In this document: positions 56,078 to 64,000 of the stretch, in pieces
How positions within the stretch are numbered: position 1 is the stretch's first letter
Layout of the letters: each line of letters begins with the position of its first letter
Source of the DNA: a virus
Taxonomy: Duplodnaviria; Caudoviricetes
Length of the DNA: 64,000 nucleotides
Virus record (IMG/VR): IMGVR_UViG_3300017987_005501
Direction: 5' to 3' (one strand)
Notes under the pieces: generated by a model
What the model saw: the letters and a program-made list of their open reading frames with translations, nothing else
Database searches by the model: none
Told to the model about the DNA's origin: nothing
Program-made: the position numbers and the translations under genes

Positions 56078-58624
56078 TTAAATATCATTTACAAAGGCAG
56101 AAGATCCTAGGTTACAAGAGCAACTGCTTGATTGTTTTGTACTAAGCATTTCAGATAACGGAATTTCAATCCCCTGTTTAGCTGCTTCGATCCAACCACT
56201 AAGCCTTCCGGCTGGGTACTTATCATCCCCCAACGTAGCTACTCGCTGATCTAAGTTAAGGTCAACATTATAAACTCCGGCCCCCATTCCACCATGTAAG
56301 CCTTTAGATGCTGTTGCTAGCAAAAACCTTCCAAGGTTTTGGACACTAACTTGTTTTAATTGTTCTTTAATAAAGGCGATAATATCCTCTAGAGATTCAA
56401 ATTCAGGAGGAACAGAAACGGTCCCATCCTCTTCCAAGGATAAGCCTCTTCCATACCCGAAAAAGCCAAATACCTCATATCCATTACTGTCCGAAACAGG
56501 AATAAGCCAAGCATTTTCACCTGGGTTTACTTCTTGGGGGTTTCCATCAGAATCCCTGGTATAACCGTAAGAACTTAATTGGTTAATTCCTACTGTTGGA
56601 AACGAAGCATGAAAGTCTGACTCCGCGGAGGGCCGGGCAGGTACCCCGTCATTTCCAGCTTGTACTAAATCCCAATATCCAAAGTCCATTGGCCATCCTG
56701 CCGTATTTCCGGCAAGCGACTGAATAAATCTTTTAAGAGGATTAACCCCTACATCATTATTCGAGCTTGCAGAATCCAATAATTCAGCGAAAGTTGTAGT
56801 TAATCTTTCTCTAGGGGATTCTCCAACATCTGCCGCACGGCCACTTAATCTTGGGGTAGGCTCATCTTGGTTAGGCTTAAATATATAAAATAAATTTGGA
56901 ATTCCTTCTGCAGGGTTAGTATCTGTCCCGGCACCCCTTCCCTGACTAGTTCTTGCGAACCGCTCAATAATTTTTCTTCTGCCTGCCTCTAATTCCAAAG
57001 TTGTTTTAAACGTTCCCCCATAATTATACGAATGGCTTACCTTCCGTACATAATAAAATGCGTCGTGAGGCTCATAATAAATTGGATAGCCTAATTGAAT
57101 TTCAGACCTTCCAATAATTGTAATGCTACCCCCTACATAATTTCTATTATGCCTCTCTAAGTTGAAAGCTGCCTGGTACCTACACATCTCGGGGCTATTA
57201 ATATCCGAGCGGGTATTATTAAAACTTGGCTTAAACCCATATTGTTTTAATAATTTAACATCAAAAACATAGCCTTGTGGGCGGGCATCAGTTGAATCCT
57301 TAGTTGCGCCGTTAACGCCGTAAGCCGTTAAAACAGAAGATTCTTGAACTCTAATATTTTCTGAGAAAACTTCCTCCGCCTTAATGACTTGAACCCTATT
57401 TCTTGATACATCAAGATTCCAGAAGGGAGGCTTAAGAACTAGCGTTCCATCCATGTCCTGGTAGAATTCGTAATTAACAAGTTTTTGAAAATAATGAATT
57501 GTTTCTAAAAGGTTTTTGTTAAGATGAAGTTTAGTAGATTCATATTCTGTTGGGAATTCTGGTCCATTTCCCCTCTTAGGGTTTAGTTTAGTTAATACAT
57601 TTTCAATAAAGTCTTGATTAAAAAAGTATTTGAAAGAAGGAATATTTGTAGGGACTCCAAAAGGGTATGAACTGAGTCTTGTGGGGAATTGGAATGCTTG
57701 GTTTCTTGCTGCCTGCCCTTGTCTTGCGGAGTTAAAAAATTCGCGAGCTTCCGCCCATTCATTTTCAACGTTTTGCGCATCCCCTGCTTCCCCCTCACCT
57801 AAAACCCTAAACGAAGCTCCTTTTCTTCCAAATATTTGTAATTTTGATACTACGTCGTCGAAACTAATTCGCCATTTCCAAAGATTCTCCGAAACTTGCA
57901 TATTTCGATTATAGCTTTCAATCATATCTGGAAATGTTATTTTTGCGTCTTCCTTGAAAGCTACGTTACCAATAAAAAACCTATAAATTAAATATTGAAT
58001 CACTTGGATTGGGTTAGGAGCCCCGTTTGCCGTATCTAGGACTTCTTCACTAATAATATTGCTAAAAATAGGTTCATACCCTTTATCCCCTCCGGGGAGA
58101 ACCAAACCAGTTATTGTTCCTCTTGCAAGCTTTAGCCACCTTAAATTGTCTTCTGCATGGATTACGATTCTTCTATCCCTTGGGTCGTCCGAGGGATCAA
58201 TTTTAGTGACACAACCAAAAAATACGGGGTAGTATCTAAAAGCAATATTTCCAGTTAAAAAGGAAGGGGCGCGGCTTAAAAGTTTTCCGATAAAACCAAC
58301 TCCACCCTCCCTTGGGAAATATCCTTTCATCCAAATTTGTATTTTTTGCATTGGAGAAAATACGCATACCCCGTTTTTGTAGAAAGGATGGGGACTATGA
58401 ATAGGGTTTCGCAAAGTAACCGTAGCAGTTGCTGGGGTTGGCATTAATCCGTCATCACCAGCTCCAACTTCATTGTTTACTTGAACATCATAAATATATT
58501 CATTAAAATTAGCCCGAGCTTCGCAATTGTTACAATATTGAACAGTAGGTTCTCCGTCAATATAGACCAATACGTCGGGTGCTACTGTTATAACTCGTTT
58601 TTGCGTTTGATCAAAAAGAGACAT
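56078..58624 (-). CDS. Baseplate hub protein (gp27/gpD/Mu gp44-like, expanded)
   Basis: KIQIWMKG...PVFFG.VT, YEFYQDMDGTLVLKPP, GSITIIGRSEIQLGYPIY...YYVRKVSHSY...FKTTLELEAGR. Confidence 0.8.
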   Translation of the reverse strand: MSLFDQTQKRVITVAPDVLVYIDGEPTVQYCNNCEARANFNEYIYDVQVNNEVGAGDDGLMPTPATATVTLRNPIHSPHPFYKNGVCVFSPMQKIQIWMKGYFPREGGVGFIGKLLSRAPSFLTGNIAFRYYPVFFGCVTKIDPSDDPRDRRIVIHAEDNLRWLKLARGTITGLVLPGGDKGYEPIFSNIISEEVLDTANGAPNPIQVIQYLIYRFFIGNVAFKEDAKITFPDMIESYNRNMQVSENLWKWRISFDDVVSKLQIFGRKGASFRVLGEGEAGDAQNVENEWAEAREFFNSARQGQAARNQAFQFPTRLSSYPFGVPTNIPSFKYFFNQDFIENVLTKLNPKRGNGPEFPTEYESTKLHLNKNLLETIHYFQKLVNYEFYQDMDGTLVLKPPFWNLDVSRNRVQVIKAEEVFSENIRVQESSVLTAYGVNGATKDSTDARPQGYVFDVKLLKQYGFKPSFNNTRSDINSPEMCRYQAAFNLERHNRNYVGGSITIIGRSEIQLGYPIYYEPHDAFYYVRKVSHSYNYGGTFKTTLELEAGRRKIIERFARTSQGRGAGTDTNPAEGIPNLFYIFKPNQDEPTPRLSGRAADVGESPRERLTTTFAELLDSASSNNDVGVNPLKRFIQSLAGNTAGWPMDFGYWDLVQAGNDGVPARPSAESDFHASFPTVGINQLSSYGYTRDSDGNPQEVNPGENAWLIPVSDSNGYEVFGFFGYGRGLSLEEDGTVSVPPEFESLEDIIAFIKEQLKQVSVQNLGRFLLATASKGLHGGMGAGVYNVDLNLDQRVATLGDDKYPAGRLSGWIEAAKQGIEIPLSEMLSTKQSSSCSCNLGSSAFVNDI

Positions 58625-58625
58625 A

Positions 58626-59549
58626 TTAAACTGTTCCCAAAGTTGCTGTTAAGTTAGTTAGGAGAGGGAATGGAATATTAGCAGCATCAGCAGCATAACT
58701 TCTAAGCCTAGACCTAACTGTAAATTGGAAGTTATATCTTAATCTAAAAGGATTGCTTGCGTCCTCCCCAAGGCTAAAGTTTCTGAAACTTCCAATATAA
58801 AATACCCCGTCATAAAAAATTGTAACTGCACCCACAACAGATATCGTATTTTTTGCGTATTGTAAATAGTCACAACCGTTATTTCTATATATAAGATAAA
58901 GAGACATAAGATTCTGGAACCCAAGAGATTGAGTTCTCTTCATTCGGGTAATTCCAGCTTCCTTAGTATAAAGCCCTGTTGAAGTTCCAGTCGCAGTAAT
59001 ATCGGCTAAGTTATTTCCTAAATATTCAGTAACAACCCCACCCTTTGCTTGATATTGTTCAAAATCCTTTGGATAGTTAAACCTGATTTCTCTAGGATTT
59101 ACTAATAAGGTAAGAGGAGGAACGAATACTTGCCGCAAAGCAGCTTGCTGCAGCCCAGATAAGCCTGTTGGGATGTAAGAAATCTTACCTGAATCTTGAA
59201 GTTGCTCAACACTTCTTCCGCCACCCTGAGTTACATTCTGGATCCCCCTAATATTTGTAACCCCTGCAGCAGCCGCAACCCCATAGGAAAGGGGATTCAA
59301 ATTTCTATGTATATTTAGATAAAAGGACATCGGGGTGAATTGATTTAACTCAGCCGCAGACCAGCCAGGGTCTGGATCTGTTACAGTTCCTGCTAAGGGG
59401 ATAATAAGTGGGGTTACATTATTAGGCAAAGGTATCCCAATAGCTAGGCGGCTCATTAAGCCTCCTGTATTTAATGCAGCCTCGAAGCCTCTACTTAAAA
59501 AGTTAGCCGAGGATTGAAAAGCACTATTTGCTGCTTGGAAAAGTCCCAT
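58626..59549 (-). CDS. Tail tube initiator / tube-fold baseplate protein (paralog B)
   Basis: LLVNPREIRFNY...ITATGTS...YIGSFRNFSLGEDASNPFRLRYNFQFTV. Confidence 0.65.
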   Translation of the reverse strand: MGLFQAANSAFQSSANFLSRGFEAALNTGGLMSRLAIGIPLPNNVTPLIIPLAGTVTDPDPGWSAAELNQFTPMSFYLNIHRNLNPLSYGVAAAAGVTNIRGIQNVTQGGGRSVEQLQDSGKISYIPTGLSGLQQAALRQVFVPPLTLLVNPREIRFNYPKDFEQYQAKGGVVTEYLGNNLADITATGTSTGLYTKEAGITRMKRTQSLGFQNLMSLYLIYRNNGCDYLQYAKNTISVVGAVTIFYDGVFYIGSFRNFSLGEDASNPFRLRYNFQFTVRSRLRSYAADAANIPFPLLTNLTATLGTV

Positions 59550-59556
59550 TGTTCTC

Positions 59557-60225
59557 CTAAAACGTTATGAATAAATGTAATGTCTTTTCAACTGTAAAAG
59601 ACCAGTCAATTTGAAACCTGTAGGGTCTTTCTGCCGATTCTGTTACATTAAAGGAATTAAAGTATCCAGTAAAAATTCCAAAATCATTAATTAAACGTAG
59701 CCCGGAAAAAGCAGAAACCCGTCCGTTAGCATCGCTATAAATAGCTCCATTGTTTTTATATAGGCTAAGAAGTCTTTCGTAAAGGATATAGGAGAAAGTT
59801 ACCCTCCTATCAATTCCTTCAGACATTCCCGCTTCTAAATTAATAAAACCCCCAGTACTTCCTCTAGCCGAAATAATATCTAACTCATCCCCCCAATGAT
59901 ATTCAACCCACCCCGCTAATGTTTGAACAGTTTGAATCTTTTTTCTATAAGTATAGTCAATACTCTCAGGGGGAACTTCTAAAACGAGAGGAAGTTTATC
60001 CAAAACACTAAGCAAGGTATTAAATGCTTGAGGAATATTTGAAGGTAGCTCGTTATAAGGAGGAACTGTCACATTAACCGGGATAAACATGAAAGGCCAC
60101 CTAAACGGTGGAAAATCCGACTCGTTAGAAGGCAATAAAGTTAATCCTCTTTTCAAAGATTTAACTTTTATTTCATTCTGTATTTTTTGGTCTGCGTTAA
60201 CGTCTGTTCTATCATTATAAGCCAT
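59557..60225 (-). CDS. Tail tube initiator / tube-fold baseplate protein (paralog A)
   Basis: LEVPPESIDYTY...WVEYHWGDELDIISARGSTG...FTGYFNSFNVTESAERPYRFQIDWSFTV; directly after the TMP. Confidence 0.65.
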   Translation of the reverse strand: MAYNDRTDVNADQKIQNEIKVKSLKRGLTLLPSNESDFPPFRWPFMFIPVNVTVPPYNELPSNIPQAFNTLLSVLDKLPLVLEVPPESIDYTYRKKIQTVQTLAGWVEYHWGDELDIISARGSTGGFINLEAGMSEGIDRRVTFSYILYERLLSLYKNNGAIYSDANGRVSAFSGLRLINDFGIFTGYFNSFNVTESAERPYRFQIDWSFTVEKTLHLFITF

Positions 60226-63200
60226 TAGCTATTTTCCCTAGGTGTTCTTGATTTATGTGGGGATTCTTGAAGTTTAATACCTCGCTGGTTCATTTCAGCG
60301 ATGCCCTCCCTAATCCCTCCTAATTCTTCAAGCATTTCATCCGATCTATCTAATGCTTGAGTAGTGTTGGCTGAGATCATGTCTAAAAGCTCCTCCTGTT
60401 CCCCGATTCCGGTCACGGGGTCTCCTGCAGCCTCTTCTGCGGATCTTAGCTGTTCATTCGTCATTTCTCCTAATCTTTCAGCATTTGCCTGAAGCGCAGC
60501 TACATTTGCTTGAAGAGCAGTTTCTGCCGCACCTTCCATTCCTTCCCGATCACTAATTGCAGTTACAACGGGGTCTAAATCCAATGTTGCCCTTTCCGCT
60601 TCTGCCCTTTGGGGCCCCCTTTCTGCCCTCCCCTCAACTTCTCCTCGTGTCGCCACCATTTGAGGTATTTGGGTTTCTTCCCTTTCGCCTGCTGGTGCAG
60701 CGCGCTCTTCCAAAGCGGGGGCTTCTGCCTTCCGCGCTTCTGCCCTTTGCCTTCTTACTTCTTCCCCAGCCTCTACGCCCGCCCTTTCTTCAACGATTTC
60801 CGGTATCGGAGGAGGTTCTGGCAATGCTTCACCGACCTCTGCCGACCTGCTTATTGCTTCAATAATTCCTTTCGGGTCCGAAGTTGCCTCAATTGTTTCC
60901 CTTAGTTGGTCTAATTGTTCAAACCGAGCTGCCTCTCCAACAACGATCGAATCTTTCAAGGCGTCAATATCTTCCCCAGTGTCTAGTTGAACTAAACTTT
61001 GTGTCTGTGCTGTTAGTTGATTAAGTAAGGCTTGTAACTTTTCGCTTTGGTCTTTTCCTGATTCGTCTTCCCTTAATGCAGTTTCTATTTCATCGAGAGT
61101 ACTTAATGCATCCGCAGGGGTGCTAATTTTATCTACCTCTCCGAAAATCTTTTCTTGGGTTGTGGAAAAATTATCTGCTAATTTATCAAAATTCTTTTCT
61201 TCGTTATCTGAGGTTCTTCTTAGTAAACCTCCAACTTCCCCCGCAATAGCCATTGATACGTATTGCTGAGCTTGTCTTTTCGCTTCTGCCTCTGATGCCC
61301 CAGCTTGAAGGAAAGCTTCAGTAAGTTCCCCAGCAAGACTTTCTTCTATGGCTTTTCTATTTTCCCCACCTGTCTCAACAACATCCTCCCTAAGTCTTGT
61401 TAATCCATTAGCAAGTTTTGCCGACATTCTTCTCATAGTCGCATGGGTAGCCTCATCAATTTTTCCTTGTTCTTTTAATAGGTCAACCGACTCCTTTAAG
61501 GAACTTAAGTCCAAGTCAGCTCCTGATTCTATACTTTCAAAAACATTTCCTAGAGCCTCTTCGAAAACATCTTTTGTAATATCTGCTCGGGTAGGGCCAT
61601 CTCCGGTATCCTCCAGACGAATGCTTGCTTTTTGAAGGCCACTTTCGACATTAGAAACAACTTTTAATAAGGCACTTTTAGTATTTTCAGGAATAGATTC
61701 AAGGGCACCAATAGAAGCTCTCAGTGCCACCCTAACTTCCTCGGGGGCATTTTTAATAAACTTTCCTAAAGAATTTAACACTTTTTGTTGCTCAACGGCA
61801 ACAGAAGTCCCATTTCTTTCTGATCTTTCTTGCGCACTTTCTAAAGCGGATAGGACATCACTAATCTTTGTTGCCCCCTCTATTAAACTTTCCTGCATAT
61901 TTCTACCAGCATATTTTAGTACATCAGACGCTTTTTCTAGGTCTTCTCCTCCGAATGCTGCGGATATATTTTCGAAATAAGTCCCAAAAGCACTTAGTAA
62001 GTCTGCGCGCATTGTATCCGTCGAATCTCTTAACTTTTTAAAATAACCTCCCATATCCCCAAGCGATTCCAATTTTCCTGAAATTTCTCCGAAGATTTCT
62101 TCTGTTGCCTCTATTTTTCTAAGCCTGCCTTGCTCTGTCGTTAAAACGGCGTCTGAAACGTTATTCATAGAATTTAATAAATCCTGCATTCCCTCAACTG
62201 TTTCTCTATTTCCAGCCCCGGATCTAATAGCAGAAGCAACGTCCCTCAATCCTTTTAATTGTTCCTGTTCTACCCCTTCCCCGGGTGTTTTAGCCTTTAA
62301 GCTATCCAAAGAAGTTTGCATATCTTTGAGATACTCTCCAAGGGATTCTTCTGCACCGGGGATTTCCTTAATTTCATCCCTAAACAGATTTAAGGCGGCC
62401 TCAACTGCATTAATGCTTCCACTCGATTCTGAAACTTCCCTTATAAGGCTTCTTGCACTGTTTTCTACCAAAGGCCCGAGATCTTGTCTTTCAATTGCAG
62501 AACGAAGATTAATTAGATTTTCTCCAAGTGCTTGTTCTGTTGAATCTAATTGTTTAACAATTCTTCTAGCTTGCCGGTCACTAGAGGATCGGAAATCCCT
62601 TCCCAAGCCCCCACTTTCTCCAAGGTCGATGGGGCCCGCAAGATCTATTTCTTGGGGAGCAGCAGGGCCTCGTGTTTTAGCAGGTCTTTTCGCGGTTGTG
62701 GTGGTAGGGCTTTCAAAATCTGAAAATATTTTTCTTAAACTTTCAATTTGCTGAGATAAGGAATTTCCAGTTTCAGAAAAGGAAGCAGCATGGTCTTCTA
62801 TCATCCTTGTTAAGTTACCCACTCCCGATTCCAGAGAGGATAGGTCCGGGGCGACCCCGCTACCCCTTGCCACCCCGCCGCCGGTTGGCTCTGGTAATGC
62901 CTTCGCTGCTTCTGATACAACTGCCGATAATTGCGAAGAGAAAGCATCTACTGATTTCCCAAGGGAAGATTCTAGTTTTTTAACAATATCTGTCCCCAAA
63001 GAAACATTTGCTAATGACGCATTTAATCCTTGCATTTGGGTATTTATGTCCCCTATATATTTAGCGGTACTTGAGAACTCTTTATTAATCGCAGAAATTT
63101 GGGAAGAAGTATTTTTTGCTTCGTCCTGTAAGCCATTAAGACCTTTTTGCATTTCAGAAAATAGCTTTGTAGTATCCCCAATCATACTAGCAGAAGTATT

Positions 63201-63251
63201 TACCGCTTTTGTAACCTCCGTAACTTTTTTGGATATGCTTTCTTCAGCCAT
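60225..63251 (-). CDS. Tape measure protein
   Basis: 1008 aa, mostly helical A/E/S/L-rich; lies between a chaperone-like gene and the tube initiator/hub genes. Confidence 0.65.
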   Translation of the reverse strand: MAEESISKKVTEVTKAVNTSASMIGDTTKLFSEMQKGLNGLQDEAKNTSSQISAINKEFSSTAKYIGDINTQMQGLNASLANVSLGTDIVKKLESSLGKSVDAFSSQLSAVVSEAAKALPEPTGGGVARGSGVAPDLSSLESGVGNLTRMIEDHAASFSETGNSLSQQIESLRKIFSDFESPTTTTAKRPAKTRGPAAPQEIDLAGPIDLGESGGLGRDFRSSSDRQARRIVKQLDSTEQALGENLINLRSAIERQDLGPLVENSARSLIREVSESSGSINAVEAALNLFRDEIKEIPGAEESLGEYLKDMQTSLDSLKAKTPGEGVEQEQLKGLRDVASAIRSGAGNRETVEGMQDLLNSMNNVSDAVLTTEQGRLRKIEATEEIFGEISGKLESLGDMGGYFKKLRDSTDTMRADLLSAFGTYFENISAAFGGEDLEKASDVLKYAGRNMQESLIEGATKISDVLSALESAQERSERNGTSVAVEQQKVLNSLGKFIKNAPEEVRVALRASIGALESIPENTKSALLKVVSNVESGLQKASIRLEDTGDGPTRADITKDVFEEALGNVFESIESGADLDLSSLKESVDLLKEQGKIDEATHATMRRMSAKLANGLTRLREDVVETGGENRKAIEESLAGELTEAFLQAGASEAEAKRQAQQYVSMAIAGEVGGLLRRTSDNEEKNFDKLADNFSTTQEKIFGEVDKISTPADALSTLDEIETALREDESGKDQSEKLQALLNQLTAQTQSLVQLDTGEDIDALKDSIVVGEAARFEQLDQLRETIEATSDPKGIIEAISRSAEVGEALPEPPPIPEIVEERAGVEAGEEVRRQRAEARKAEAPALEERAAPAGEREETQIPQMVATRGEVEGRAERGPQRAEAERATLDLDPVVTAISDREGMEGAAETALQANVAALQANAERLGEMTNEQLRSAEEAAGDPVTGIGEQEELLDMISANTTQALDRSDEMLEELGGIREGIAEMNQRGIKLQESPHKSRTPRENS

Positions 63252-63261
63252 AGTTTATTTC

Positions 63262-64000
63262 CTATCTTTTCCGCCGCATTTTATTGATAAATACTTCGGG
63301 GTTCATGGGAGGAGGGGTCTCATCTTCTTTATTAGGATTAAACTTCTCAGCTATATGGTCAATTATTCCCTCGTTCTCAAAAGATTCCATGTCCTCCGAC
63401 GTAAGCTGTTGAGACATATAGTGAGCTTGGCCTCCTTCAGAAGTTTTAATCTTCTCTTGGTGTTTTAATTCCTCTGTTCTTTGTCTTGCAATTTCTTCAG
63501 ATAATTCTTGTTCAAATAGTCTTTTATGTTTGAATTGATCTCGGACAGCTTCGGGGTCATAATCGACCAGGAGATTCTTCCCTCCTTTAGTTTTGGTGTA
63601 ACTTTGTAACTTTTCTTCAATCATTTTTTGTTCCTTAACCTTTTCATATTTGCCCTTCTTTAGGTACCTTTCAATAATTTCATCATGCCTATCCTTAACT
63701 CCGGACATTTGCTTTTCTAATTCGTCAACTAGGTCTTCCTTGGATTGGACCTTAAAACGTGGTTTATAGTCCTTTCCATATATAATGCTTTCTCTATATG
63801 CTTTTTCTTCTTTCTTTCTGTTTTCATCGGCTTGATTTAGCTTTTTAATTCCCTTAGGATTAATAGCCGCAGCAATCATTTTTGCAGATGCCCACATCTT
63901 ATCAAAATCATTCTTTTCATCCTCAACCCTATTATAATAGGACCAAAGTAATTGACAAATATTATAACCAAGATTTACGGTTCCAGGAATTCCCGAAACT
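63262..64000 (-). CDS. Partial CDS (5' end outside window), probable tail assembly chaperone-like protein
   Basis: The frame stays open upstream of the track's ATG at 63897 (VSGIPGTVNLGYNICQLLWSYYNRVEDEKNDFDK-MWAS...). Lies immediately upstream of the TMP. Confidence 0.55.
   Translation of the reverse strand, partial: VSGIPGTVNLGYNICQLLWSYYNRVEDEKNDFDKMWASAKMIAAAINPKGIKKLNQADENRKKEEKAYRESIIYGKDYKPRFKVQSKEDLVDELEKQMSGVKDRHDEIIERYLKKGKYEKVKEQKMIEEKLQSYTKTKGGKNLLVDYDPEAVRDQFKHKRLFEQELSEEIARQRTEELKHQEKIKTSEGGQAHYMSQQLTSEDMESFENEGIIDHIAEKFNPNKEDETPPPMNPEVFINKMRRKR

Larger units (their letters stand above)
1..64000 (-). mobile_element. Segment of a large myovirus-type (contractile tail) phage/virus genome: tail/baseplate/fibre module plus accessory and replication genes
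   Basis: Unidirectional, nearly gapless gene array. Gene order chaperone-TMP-tube initiators-hub-spike-gp25-BpJ-BpI-fibres matches contractile-tail modules. SNF2 and DnaC/DnaB-like genes lie downstream, and no cellular housekeeping genes are seen. Confidence 0.9.

Noticed and set aside
6567-58924. Short alternative-frame minus-strand ORFs (e.g. 6567, 8921, 20751, 24908, 39549, 57592)
   Set aside because: Nested in or largely overlapping long credible CDSs, with no recognisable motif; expected by chance.
1-64000. Stop-codon reassignment (code 15 or 4)
   Set aside because: Genes tile almost without gaps in the standard code, and TAG/TGA end genes at junctions followed by SD and ATG.
37109-64000. 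Stand-alone eCIS/tailocin or T6SS locus
   Set aside because: Continuous with SNF2 and DnaC/DnaB-like genes and ORFans, without flanking host genes; a viral genome is more parsimonious, though capsid genes are outside the window.
63262-64000. Programmed frameshift of a tail assembly chaperone
   Set aside because: No clear X XXY YYZ slippery site or overlapping second frame in the visible part; the gene's 5' portion is outside the window.
1-64000. tRNA, rRNA, integrase, transposase, intein or group I intron
   Set aside because: Gaps are too short for RNA genes apart from one examined at 38116-38382, and no catalytic or splicing motifs were recognised by eye; a tRNAscan/Infernal run would be definitive.

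Overview
This window is a continuous, densely packed segment of a large tailed-virus genome (contractile-tail myovirus-type, probably jumbo-sized; host not determinable from this sequence). All ~46 credible genes lie on the minus strand and read in the standard code, with many TAATG stop/start overlaps. In transcription order (64000 to 1) it carries: a tail chaperone-like gene (5'-truncated), tape measure, two tube-initiator-like paralogs, hub, spike, a five-gene insert, gp25-like, a very large BpJ-like and a BpI-like wedge protein, a retropepsin-like protease, and a long run of fibre/receptor-binding proteins. Next comes an accessory block with three glycosyltransferases, a zincin peptidase, a Zn-ribbon giant and an apparently dead M6-type protease. 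The window ends with an SNF2 helicase, an orphan MqsA-like protein, a degenerate DnaC-like loader and the start of a probable DnaB-like helicase. Leading hypothesis (inference): a phage-encoded virion-modification system, with glycosyltransferases sitting next to Ser-Gly-enriched virion proteins and active or pseudo proteases. A candidate phage promoter motif (TAATAATTCA) occurs in or at the edge of the three largest structural-region gaps. No tRNA, rRNA, CRISPR array, integrase or transposase was recognised. All family assignments come from motif recognition by eye; no database search was run.
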